Positions 11,350-21,986 of a stretch of 35,206 nt of DNA are shown here, piece after piece. The notes beneath the pieces were generated by a model, which did not search any database, was not told the DNA's origin, and saw only the letters and a program-made list of their open reading frames with translations. This stretch comes from Nemertoderma westbladi (Eukaryota; Animalia; Xenacoelomorpha): assembly GCA_032718475.1 (NCBI GenBank), contig JAUCBJ010005877.1, positions 1-35,206 of the forward strand. Reading direction: 5' to 3'. Each line of letters opens with the position of its first letter. Positions within the stretch are counted from its first letter, which is position 1. A program made the position numbers and the translations under genes.

Positions 11350-13632
11350 ATGATTATAGTACCAAATGCCCGAAATGCAGAATGTGATGAACACGATCCA
11401 TTGTGGCTTGTACTTCTGTCCTCAGACTCTCTGTGGTGCGTCGCCTGCAGTATGGAAGACTTGCTAAATGAGACTATCGGTTCCAACCATAAAGAAATGA
11501 TTGTGAAAACATTGTTGACGGCATTGAGAAACGAATTAGGGGAAGGTTCTCGAAAGTTATACAGATCGCTTAGGGATAACGGGGAAGCAGCCAAAGTGAT
11601 TATTGAGACTCTGATCCAACGCGCAGTCAGTCTTGGTACAGATGACGCGTTAATCTCCCAATGTGTTGCCTTAACAATAGAAAAATGTCGAAATGCCAAT
11701 TTACAAGAGTCTATAGCGGAATTGCTTCTAGAACGTTTGATTGAGGGACCAAGAATGCCATTTTTTGCTATAACGCTATCGGAAGCTCTAAATGTCCTCA
11801 AAGCAAAACGAATTGAAAAGATATACAGAGTTAACGAGGAGAGGTTTGCTGATTTATATAAGTTGTTGCCCCAATTGTCAGGAACTATTATAACTTCAAC
11901 ACTTGCAATATTCGAGATCATTGTTCGCTTGAAAATAAAAGATTTCTTCAAAATTTCAAACTTAACAGGTATTACTGTGAATCTTTGCTCAGTTCTTGAC
12001 TCGATCAAATTACATCCCGATTTTGCTGAAGCGAGAATGAAGGTCATGGACATTTTAACTATTTTAAGCTCTTTGCCAGAAGTAGCGAAAGTGTTAATGG
12101 ATCAAAAAAAGCAACTCCCTATAACAAATTGGCAAGCTTCAACATCAATTACATCGAGGAAAATATTAGTGGCTTTTAAGACGATGATGAATTCTCCACA
12201 AGAATCATCATCGAACCAAGCTAAGGTACTGGAGTGTTCTAGAATATTGTTGAGTCATGAGGAACAAAATAATGATGTCATCTTCATCAAAGAGGAAATG
12301 GTGGAAACTATATCAGGTATTTTGACACCCATGGATCTTAACATTTGTATAGAAGGGATGGCTTGCCTGAAGACATTAATTGCCAACGATCGTGTTGGTG
12401 AATCCCAAGACAGAGTGGTTGGGGTTTTATATCGAGTCAGCAATGCAAGTCGTGATGCCCAAGACGAGGTCAAGTTCAAAGGCCTTGAACTGATTATACA
12501 AATATTCAAGCACATAACGTGGTCTCTCACTGACAACAGCATCAAAGAGAACGGCGAGTGTTTTACAAGTCTCTGTAGCTTTTTATCAGATTGCCTCTAC
12601 AACGAAAATACGTTATTCAACAGTGAAGCTTGTCAGATTATTCTCAAAATGTTTCAAAAAGGGCGTATTTTGACACCTATCCCATTTGTAAACCTCCATA
12701 AACTTCTGACGGCCCTTGGTACCTGTGTTTCAGACATAAATAAATTACCAACAGCCAGGTCCTATGCAAACCTTGAGGACATTGATTTCGACAAGTTCCA
12801 TGAATTTGCGCGAATTATTCTAGACTTGTTTATTCGTCTGTTCGATTTGTTGGGTGAGTGGGGATTGACGGAAATTGTACCGCAGTCTGACGCTGGAGAT
12901 GTGGCTTCAAATGCCTCACAGAACCAATTCGTGTATCACGTCCTCCATCTACACGAAGGAGTTATTATTGATTTCGCCAATCGCTTTCAGCATTACAGCA
13001 TGACATTGAGTCACAGAGATCTGCCTGCTCTATCGCAGTCGTTCTTCGAGAGTTTGACCAAAAACATGGCATATTACGGGAACCAATCAGGACAAATGTT
13101 AGCGCGAAGATTAGCTTCAATGAAACTAATAAATAGGTCGTTGCATTCTCTCAATTTGGGTAACAGCGATAATCCAAGTTCAGGGGTCGATTTAGCGAGT
13201 AAAACAAAGTTAACTCATTTGGGATGGAGACCGGTATCGCTTCTAACAGTTACGTGTCAGACATTCTTAGAAACAATATGTTCTAATCTTATAAACACCG
13301 GGTTGATTCGTGAGACATTACACAAAGGCCTTCCACGAATAGCAACAACATTCGCAGATTACATTGACTTCACTCTAGATGGGAGTTGCAATAAAGAACC
13401 AAGCGATCCAGCCACCATGACGATAATACTGTATTGCGCATCTCTTGTTGACGATATCGTGATTGGAGACTCGTGTACCCGTAAAGATATCGTATACAGT
13501 CTAGAAAGGGACTTGTCTCGACTAAACGTTAACGACCATCAGATACTCAACTTTCTATCCCACATGAAGGATGCATGTAGGCCAAAAACCAAACTTTCAT
13601 TGGCACCACAATGTGCAACAAAACCTAACTAA
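11350..13632 (+). CDS. MEI1: MEI1-like meiotic double-strand-break protein, N-terminal ~60% only, intronless, 760 aa
   Basis: Collinear matches to remembered vertebrate MEI1: HDPLWL..SLWCVACSMEDL vs HDPRWL..RLCLACALELL; TPIPFVNLHKLLTAL vs TPPVQYGELQALLEAM; LARRLASMKLI vs FSKKLASSSFI; TCQTFLETICSNLI vs VCSNFLYYMCLNLL; LHKGLPRI vs LQHGLPQI. Confidence 0.75.
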   Translation: MIIVPNARNAECDEHDPLWLVLLSSDSLWCVACSMEDLLNETIGSNHKEMIVKTLLTALRNELGEGSRKLYRSLRDNGEAAKVIIETLIQRAVSLGTDDALISQCVALTIEKCRNANLQESIAELLLERLIEGPRMPFFAITLSEALNVLKAKRIEKIYRVNEERFADLYKLLPQLSGTIITSTLAIFEIIVRLKIKDFFKISNLTGITVNLCSVLDSIKLHPDFAEARMKVMDILTILSSLPEVAKVLMDQKKQLPITNWQASTSITSRKILVAFKTMMNSPQESSSNQAKVLECSRILLSHEEQNNDVIFIKEEMVETISGILTPMDLNICIEGMACLKTLIANDRVGESQDRVVGVLYRVSNASRDAQDEVKFKGLELIIQIFKHITWSLTDNSIKENGECFTSLCSFLSDCLYNENTLFNSEACQIILKMFQKGRILTPIPFVNLHKLLTALGTCVSDINKLPTARSYANLEDIDFDKFHEFARIILDLFIRLFDLLGEWGLTEIVPQSDAGDVASNASQNQFVYHVLHLHEGVIIDFANRFQHYSMTLSHRDLPALSQSFFESLTKNMAYYGNQSGQMLARRLASMKLINRSLHSLNLGNSDNPSSGVDLASKTKLTHLGWRPVSLLTVTCQTFLETICSNLINTGLIRETLHKGLPRIATTFADYIDFTLDGSCNKEPSDPATMTIILYCASLVDDIVIGDSCTRKDIVYSLERDLSRLNVNDHQILNFLSHMKDACRPKTKLSLAPQCATKPN

Positions 13633-14324
13633 TAATAATAATATACCTTTAATACACTTAATATTCAACCGTGTAAATACAATCAATGTAATTAATAATT
13701 ATTGTTAATTAAACAACAATTTTCTACTATCCCCGGGCAATATTATTCGTGTATATCAATCATAGTAAAGTAAAAATGCCCGCAGAACGGTAACGTGCAA
13801 ACAAAAAGTAAATATAAAATTAAGTTTACTTCGACCATTTGGCCAGGGACTACGCGCAACTTCTCACGACTTATTTCCAGATTCCAGTGCGGTCCCAAGA
13901 ACTATGCTCAGCTCAACCCACTATCTCAGGAGCCAGAAATGCCAATTATTAATTTATATTTTTTCAAATCATTTCAATTAATTATTAAGCAATGTTGAAA
14001 CTTTGACAAATAGTTGTTTGTGAAGTGCCTTGCGAAGTACAGGTGATCGGCAGGTTCCTTTAGAGTTATTATTGTCTGAAAAAGAAGCTCATACTCCCGA
14101 TGTCAGCCGTTTTAGGGGTTACAATGAAATATTTTCATATTTGTATGAACTTCTATCGCTTTTATTCCAATCAGTTTAGTAGTTTATTTCCTGTTTACTA
14201 CTTACTATGTTTATGTTGCTTTTTAAAACCTTGAATAGTTTATTTCTTTCGTCAGCTTCAACTACGTCAAATTTTGTTGACCTTTATAGTCAGCTGACAT
14301 AACTTTACGATCCGGCCAGACATA

Positions 14325-14704
14325 CGGTGGCTGATTGCGGCCAATTATTTCCATTTGTTAATGTTTTTCACCCGGGTGAAAAACATTATCACCGGGTGAA
14401 AAACATGTGTCAGAACTCTGAACACATGTAGTTAGTTTCCTTATAAATATTATCGAAAGCTCATTTTGATCCAGATTCACTCTTGGTGAATTAATATCTC
14501 GACCAAGATTAGTAATCAATTAAGGGAAAGGATCAGGTTACAGTGGCATGTTATTCTAACCAAAACAATAAACGAAAGTCAATAATTAAACATTTAAATG
14601 TTTTTCACCCGGGTGATAAATGTTTTTCACCCGGAGATAAATGTATTTCACCCGGGTGAAAAAGAATTTAAAAAACGGAAATAATTGGCCGCAATCAGCC
14701 ATCG
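14325..14704. mobile_element. MITE with ~28-bp TIRs and TA TSD
   Basis: TA-cggtggctgattgcggccaattatttcc ... ggaaataattggccgcaatcagccatcg-TA. Internal palindromic tttttcacccgggtgaaaaa repeats and one 68-bp-satellite core. Confidence 0.85.
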
Positions 14705-14764
14705 TACATACAACTTTATAGTGCGCTTTAGACTCAGTTAACATTTAAACCAACATTATTTTAG

Positions 14765-14911
14765 GATCTCGCTTTGGACTCGTTGGGCGGGATTATCCGC
14801 GAAGAGCAGCAGCGGTTTCCATTGGAGAGTGAACCTGGGACGAGCGAAACTAAACCTAAAAGGTACAAAAAGAATGAGTACTTTAGCGACGAAGAGGAAT
14901 TAATCGAGTAA
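14765..14911 (+). CDS. ZCRB1: ZCRB1 terminal coding exon
   Basis: attttttag acceptor, phase 0. Reads DLALDSLGGIIREEQQR...KRYKKNEYFSDEEELIE*. The join EEGE|DLALDSL and the end YFSDEEEL match the conserved ZCRB1 C-terminus (EGEDPALDSL...KKSTYFSDEEELSD). Confidence 0.92.
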   Translation, partial: DLALDSLGGIIREEQQRFPLESEPGTSETKPKRYKKNEYFSDEEELIE

Positions 14912-15306
14912 CGAGTACTTTAGCGACGAAGATGAATTAATTGAGTACGAGTACTTTAGCGACGAAGAGGAATTAATCGAGTAACGAGTACTTTAGCGAC
15001 GAAAAGGAATTAATCGAGTAATGAGTACTTTAGCGACGAAGAGGAATTAATCGAGTAACGGGTACTTTAGCGACGAAGAGGAATTAATCGAGTACGAGTA
15101 CTTTAGCGACGAAGAGGAATTAATCGAGTAACGAGTACTTTAGCGACGAAGAGGAATTAATCGAGAACGAGTACTTTAGCGACGAAGAGGAATTAATCGA
15201 GTAACGAGTACTTTAGCGACGAAGATGAATTAATTGAGTACGAGTACTTTAGCGACGAAGAGGAATTAATCGAGTAACGAGTACTTTAGCGGCGAAGAGG
15301 AATTAA
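14876..15306 (+). repeat. 36/37-bp tandem array, ~12 copies of the last ZCRB1 codons plus stop
   Basis: Unit gagtactttagcgacgaagaggaattaatcgagtaac; the first copy is the end of the coding sequence. Confidence 0.97.
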
Positions 15307-15581
15307 GTATAGAATCGAACGAGTCAATATTCCAAGTTTAAACATCCAGGAAGGTAAATAATATTAAAGAAGGTATAAAACCGATATAGCGATTCAGTAA
15401 GCAAAGGTAGAAAAAAAAATCAGTTGGTCTGATACGGTGACGTAGAAGATTGCAACCAACTTGATATGTAAAGTCTATCAGAATAATTCGTAATTGGTAT
15501 ACAACTACGGTGTAGCTACTAACTTTGCAGTTAACTTTAACTCTCCTTATTACTATTAATTGTTATTATAATAATGTTATA

Positions 15582-16375
15582 CACCATGACCCGTAATATA
15601 GTGTCATTTTCTGATGACACGGACCCCCCCCCCCCCCCCCCCCCCCAATTTTTTCTACAAATCTTTATCATATTGCTTGAACTTTGAAACACAACTAGTT
15701 CAACTCACCGTGGTTGTTACCATGAAGCCGGAATTTTCTATTTAATTTTTTTATAAGCGTTTTAAAAAAGTGTCTTTTGCGAAATCGCACCATCCGTATC
15801 ATTGCCATTCTTCAAATTAGTCGTAATTTTTTCATATCCATAGAAAGCTTGCATTGCAAGGATTCCAAATATGTAATAATGTTTGAATTTCGTTACGCAA
15901 TATAGATATTGTATAGGCATACCACTGTTGCCTACCAATTCTTAAAATAAATAACAATTTCTAGAATTTTGTGTATTTATTAAATAGAATAAATGGCCTG
16001 CAGCGAACAATAATTATTGCAATCTTTGAACGCCTATTTCTCAGCTGTTTCTCAATGAAATTCAGATATTGTTACATATTTCTAATCCTTGCAACGCAAG
16101 CTTTCTATTGATATGACAAATTAAGACTAATGTGAAGAATGGCAATGATACGGATGGTGCGATTTCGCAAAAGACACTTGTTTAAAACGCTTATAAAAAA
16201 ATTTAAAGGCGAAATAGAAAATTCCGGCTTCATGGTAACAACCGCGGTGAGTCGAACTAGTTGTGTTTCAAATTTCAAGCAATATGATAAAGATTTGTAG
16301 AAAAGGTTAGGGGGGGGGGGGGGGGGGGGGGGGTCCGTGTCACCAGAAAATGACACTATATTACATGACATGGTG
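15582..16375. mobile_element. Foldback MITE (Tc1/mariner-like TA TSD), ~300-bp TIRs with poly-C/poly-G tracts
   Basis: TA-CACCATG...CATGGTG-TA; long arms are near-identical in inverted orientation. Another copy at 33672-35113. Confidence 0.9.
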
Positions 16376-17204
16376 TACTTTATAGGTAATAGCCTAATAA
16401 ACTCTACTGGACCGCCACATTATTTGTATTTAAAAAAATTTTACATTACTTAAAAGCCGTTGGTAATGTGGGTGGGTGGTGGTGGTGGCCAAGTTCTCTA
16501 TTTTTGAAATCAGGTTTTAAAAATATTAAACTAAGAGAGTAAACGACTAAAATATTAGTTCTGGAGAAATATTTTATGCCATTTTTTGGGGGACACTTTC
16601 TCTATTTACTTTTTAACTCCTCAACCGATTTTTGTTCTATTTGCAGAATAATTATGTAGAGAAACATCGCGCGCAAATTGAGCGTTGAAAGAATTTTAAA
16701 TTTTGTTTAACAAAAAGTTATATTATAAAATTGGAATACTTTCAACACAAGATTTCTAATGATCTAAAAAAATCACGAGCATTGTAAAGAATGACCACGA
16801 ACATTTTTTTAAACGTTTATAAATAAAATTAAAGGCAAAATTACAACTCTGGCTCAAAGTAGACATCGACTGTGAGTTCAAGTAGATGTGATAAGAATTA
16901 TTATTACTAAAATGAAAAAAACAAGCCGAAGCCATTAACCCTTAATATTATTGAAGGACCAGTTTCTTCATGTTTCAGGAGCAAATTTATTGTGTACCGG
17001 TTTTAGGCCTATAAGTAATAATATTTCCGGCTCAACTACCTCCATGCAGCCATGAGTTTATTGTTGGAACAATTATAATAAATATAATGAAAGTTCTTTG
17101 TAAACAGTTGTTTTTGAGTTGCGATATGATCATATAACTCAAATCGTAATAACCCGAATCCATCAGGCCTTCATCAGGGCCTACTTGGAAACTAATGTAT
17201 AAAC

Positions 17205-17840
17205 TTACAACTTCTTCTTTACGACGTTGGGTAGATCGTATTTACCCCGCACACATCTGTGGTTGACCCCGGGTAGATCAGCCTTCCCTCTCCCAGACAC
17301 CAACACCACGTGGTGCTCCTGCAGGTTGTGTCCCTCCCCGGGTATGTAGCAGACAACCTCCTTACCGTTGGTCAACCTAACCCGACATACCTTCCGATTC
17401 GCCGAGTTTGGTTTCTTGGGTTTTTTGGTATAAACCGATAGTATGAACCCACGACGTTGGGGTACGCTACCCAGCGCTTTAGAACGTTTGTTGTTGCGAT
17501 GGTAACGCAAGTCTCGACTAGGCCGCGGACCATGGGCTATCAGTTTTCTTATCGATTGACGCAGAAGAGGCGGGAAGGAGGTTGAGAAACTGGCAGTGCC
17601 AGTAACAGCTGGTGTTAATAATGGAGTTTTATTACCGGTACTAGAATTTATAGTATTTGGTTGTCTAATTAGAGGATTATTGATTCTTCCTTTGATATGT
17701 AATTGAGCGAATTCTTTAGTCATAGGATTTAGAGTAGAGTTGGTAAATTGGTTTTTGCATAAATTGAGGTTACAACTATAATTCGAATTAAATAGCTTAG
17801 GCTTGACAACGCGAGTGAGGCAGCATCTCAAGCTCAACAT
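17205..17840 (-). CDS. MRPS12: Mitochondrial ribosomal protein S12 (uS12m), nuclear-encoded, single-exon CDS
   Basis: [51 protein letters not shown]. The NSANRK/GKYD form is mitochondrial type. The first ATG at 17840 gives a basic, acid-poor presequence; the ORF-track start at 17864 is non-ATG. Confidence 0.95.
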   Translation of the reverse strand: MLSLRCCLTRVVKPKLFNSNYSCNLNLCKNQFTNSTLNPMTKEFAQLHIKGRINNPLIRQPNTINSSTGNKTPLLTPAVTGTASFSTSFPPLLRQSIRKLIAHGPRPSRDLRYHRNNKRSKALGSVPQRRGFILSVYTKKPKKPNSANRKVCRVRLTNGKEVVCYIPGEGHNLQEHHVVLVSGRGKADLPGVNHRCVRGKYDLPNVVKKKL

Positions 17841-18257
17841 ATCCGTTGTAATGGTGTAAAGCAAAGTCCGCTACACCTACACGATGCTGCGATGTATTAG
17901 TACTATGATATTTGATAGGCCTATAGCGATATACAATATACTGATATAGGCAATAGGGGTACCGATAGGGTATATCAGTATATCCAGATATCAGTATATG
18001 AGTACCTACCGGTATACAGTATAGGCTGATAGGCCTATATGTTAACTACCAACAACTGAACAATATACAGTAGTTCTGTAGTTCATATTCAAAGCAAGGA
18101 CTTCAGACTTCAGTAGTTCAGTAGTCCTTGATTCAAAGATAAGACCGAGTAGATGACGTTTATCTGTGTTGTCAGTCTGTCACTGTCAGTACCGGTATAA
18201 CTGTACTGTATAAAACCGAACTGGTCTCCTAACCAGTGCCACCTACCCTACCCCAGT

Positions 18258-19207
18258 GTGGCATCATATCTGGCTCAAAATTAAATATTTGAAGTGGGGT
18301 TGCAATATTTAAAAAAATTACAAAATATTGACACAGTTCAGTTTAAATATTGACACAGTACAGTATAATATTTAGCCTAAACAGTTCAGTTTAAATATTG
18401 ACACAGTACAGTTTAAATATTGACACAGGCTACAGTTTAAATATTGACACAGTCAGACAGTTCAGTTTAAATATTGACACAGTACAGTTTAAATATTGCA
18501 TATTGACACAGTACAGTTTTAATATTGACACAGTACAATATGAAATGACAATTCAAATTTCCCTCTCCACACATACATACTATGTGATTGGAGTTAATCC
18601 AATGTACCTCACCAGTACACAGATGTCAGTGCCCTACACCATTCCTTATCCTTACTGCCTTAATATAGCAGTAGGCCTATAGTGCTGTACTAAGGCATAC
18701 TACAGTGGAGTACAGTGATTTAGTTACAGCAATACTGCTGTACAAGTACAATTCCACTTTATATCCAATCAAATGGGATGTGTGTGGGTAGAGGGAATTT
18801 GAATTGTCATTTCATATTGTACTGCATCAATATCAGAATATTATACTGTACTGTGTCAATATTTAAACTGTACTGTGTTAATATTATACTGTACTGTGTC
18901 AATATTTAAACTGTACTGTGTTAATATTATACTGTACTGTGTCAATATTTAAACTGTACTGTGTTAATATTATACTGTACTGTGTCAATATTTAAACTGT
19001 ACTGCGTCACTATTATACTGTACTGTGTCAATATAATACTGTACTGTGTCAATATTATATTGTACTGTGTCAATATTATATTATACTGTGTAAATATTAT
19101 ATTGTGATGTGTCAATATTTAAACTGAACTGTGTCAATATTTTGCAGTATTTTTAAATATTGCAACCCCACTTCAAATATTGAATTTTGAGCCAGATATG
19201 ATGCCAT
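18258..19207. mobile_element. Foldback element (Mutator/FB-like) with internally repeated long TIRs
   Basis: tggcatcatatctggctcaaaatt...tttgaagtggggttgcaatatt is inverted at both ends. Arms carry ~21-bp aatattgacacagtacagttt repeats. Flanked by direct repeat accccagt (8-9-bp TSD). Confidence 0.9.
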
Positions 19208-19367
19208 AACCCCAGTACCCTACCGACGCTACCGTAAAACTTACGGAGTTTTATCTGTTTCCTGAAAAATCTGAATTTCAAATATAGTACAGTATAGCAC
19301 CTACAGACCTATATCTGTATATAGGCTAGTGATCAAGCCACAAGCAGAGAAGTTTCTTATTATAATA

Positions 19368-19457
19368 AGAAGGACAGAGTTTTTATAGCCATCCTATTAA
19401 TGAATACCTGTATACAGGTATTCATTAATAGGATGGCTATAAAAACTCTGTCCTTCT
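19368..19457. repeat. Perfect 90-bp palindrome with no spacer
   Basis: 45-bp arm agaaggacagagtttttatagccatcctattaatgaatacctgta is followed directly by its exact reverse complement. Confidence 0.95.
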
Positions 19458-20639
19458 GTCCTTGTCTGATCTGATCTGACGCTGCGACGGTATCTGACAC
19501 GCTGACTTGTTCCACCTTGGTTAAGAGCCTACCTTGGTGTAGTGGTTAGATTGAATTCACCGGTACTACGAATTATCAAAAAAAAACACAAAATTACCCA
19601 AAAATACACAAAAACACAAAAAATACAAAAAACACAAAAATTTACCCAAAAAACACAAAAAAACTTAGAACCCAAAAAAGCCCGCCTCTGTAACCTTCTA
19701 CTTTCCCTCAATTTCTGTATTTGTAGGTAACAACATCGTGTATAGTTTTGGTTAGAAAGTGCCACCGCTGATACCGTTGACGGACAAACAGATAGACAGA
19801 CGGACGGACATGAAATTTTGCCCTCATTACTATAATTATAATTGTGCGCTAAGGCTCGCCCTGACTACTACTGCACAGGGCAAAAAACGCAATGAAAGTT
19901 CGCAGCGAAATAAGGTGAGGAGAGTAATTACTGTAGATCGTAATTACGAAAAACCGGAAAAACTATAAAGGCTAGGATTTCCATACCATCCTTGACACGA
20001 TGTACAAAACTAATAAAGTTCTACTACATATATTAATTCATTTTAATTGTGTAATCAATTCAATACTGGGAGACGGCCTGGTCCAAAAAAATTCCCAAAG
20101 TATTTCACTATCCGTTTGTATACAAACAACACGTTCGTGGGGCCATCGCGCAGGGCGAGGCTCAGTTATCAGATACAGATTAAAACTGAGCAATTCTATC
20201 CCAAATCGGTACTTAAGAAATTTAAATAAATAATTTAGAAATTTGAATAAATAAAAGAAGAGAGGAAAGTCCCCCCTCCCCCTCCCTTGCTTCAACCGCC
20301 CTATTAATCTGCACCACCCCAACCGCAATGGAGCACAAATGATTAATGAAAGGCAGAGGTACTTTATTAACAGGAAATTAGTGTTTTAAAAGTAATATAT
20401 TTTTAGGTGCGGAGGTAACCCAATTTGTAAAAATTATTAAAACTTATGCCTTATGCCGATAGTATTGATACTGAAATATTAATTTATCATGTCAATGCCT
20501 CAACGAAATCATAAGTATAATTATTTAAATCTTATACTAGAAAATAATTAATATCCTTTAAGAGGCAGGTTGAAATTGCTGTTTTTACCCTAATCAACTT
20601 AATTAACTAATTAATTGTTATTATCTTAGCTTCTCGAAG

Positions 20640-20826
20640 GCCACACGGAAATCCAACTTGGAAAATTTCTAAACTTCGGCCAGACTACATGTGTACCAAG
20701 TAGTGTTCATTAACATTTGGATGACTTATTAACGTTTAAAATTGAACATAACAGAACAACAGACACACCGCTTGAGTTAGTGGTACCTGTATGCTAAGCT
20801 CGCTTACTTTCGTCGCTCGCCCCACA
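20640..20826 (-). mobile_element. Copy of the 1909 HINE-like family
   Basis: Reverse complement reads gtggggcgagcgacgaaagtaagcgagcttagcata...acttggtacacatgtagtc...gaagtttagaaa, collinear with 1909-2060. Confidence 0.6.
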
Positions 20827-20890
20827 ATGAAGCAGTTGTAGTGAGAGTTGCAGAGAAAGGTCACTTTAATTTCCAATTCACAATACAATA

Positions 20891-21342
20891 TACTACTACT
20901 ACTACTACTACTAGGTCGAGCGAACTCGGACAGTGGAAATGAGATCCTTCCAGGCTAGGCTTCCCGATTCTCCAACTACTACTGTACTAGGTCGAGCAAA
21001 CTCGGACAGTGGAAATGAGATCCTTCCAGGCTTCCCGATTCTCCATAGTTGTCGCATTTCGTTTCTCCCAAGTTCAGTATCCCTTTCAAGTTGATCTATG
21101 TTATGTCCGGTCGTCCACGCAACTACGCTTTCCAGAAAAGTAGATCTACGTCTGGTATGACCTCTTCTTTACTTCGTCAGCAGTGCCCACTAATCTTAAT
21201 CTGCGTTCGCGGAGGATGGTTGATACAGGAGGTATTGTACCATAAAGCTCGGCGTTTGTCATGTGTTGTTCTCCAGCTGATGTTTAGGGCTGCCCTTAGT
21301 AGTCTTGTGTATAGCAACCATCAATTCGGTGTTCAAGTGATT
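20891..21342 (-). mobile_element. 5'-truncated RTE-like LINE 3' end with a duplicated terminus
   Basis: Reverse complement matches 27690-28040. (TAG)n tail; the terminal ~75 bp occurs twice in tandem. Confidence 0.9.
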
Positions 21343-21986
21343 ATTTTTCATTATCATACAATACAACTGTACAGTATACAAGTACAGACGATTAGGCATC
21401 GTTTAAATACAATGAAAGCGAACCAAGGGGAAAGGGTCGATGTAGGGTTGTAGGTAAGCCAATCTGAGCGTTATACGAATGTAATGTACAGTACCGGCTG
21501 TTTGAGTACTGTAGGGTTTACTGCATCCTGATATGTAACTCCTTTAAATTCAATCATGAATATTAGTGTTTATAGTTGTTTTAAGGGCTCCTGAAATAGT
21601 TAGGGCCTACTTTTAGTATTTTTAAGGCCCCTTGCTAATTACAAGCAATATGGCATTTTGAAACCAGTTGATGGCGTTGCTAGGTACCCGCTTTAAAACC
21701 AATCAGGAAAATAATGATTCTAGTAATTTTAAGGGCTCCTGTTTGAGTAATTCATTATTGTTGTAGGCTACAGTACCTACTGCTACAGCTACAGCTACTG
21801 TACTGCTGTACCGGTACAGGAACTGAGACGCATTCAGCTGACCACGAGTTTCAGAGTTTTGTATCAGAAGATTGTATAACAACTGCCACAGAGGGGACGG
21901 TGAAGCGACAGATCGAAGTGTGATCAGATCATTGCACATTTAATTAATTAGTCTACTAAACTAATACTGTAATACTATTATCCACA

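Noticed and set aside
11343-12545. Antisense ORFs of 236 aa and 96 aa
   Set aside because: Shadow frames of the MEI1-like coding sequence with no recognisable motifs; the same applies to ORFs overlapping TXNDC9, the MYND gene and the RTE.
14876-15306. CRISPR-like 36-37-bp repeats
   Set aside because: Head-to-tail units with no unique spacers and no cas genes, in a eukaryotic context; the unit derives from the ZCRB1 coding end.
17205-17864. Bacterial rpsL, horizontal transfer or contamination
   Set aside because: Has an N-terminal targeting-like extension and mitochondrial-type motifs, no rpsG/fusA neighbours, and is embedded in eukaryotic repeats.
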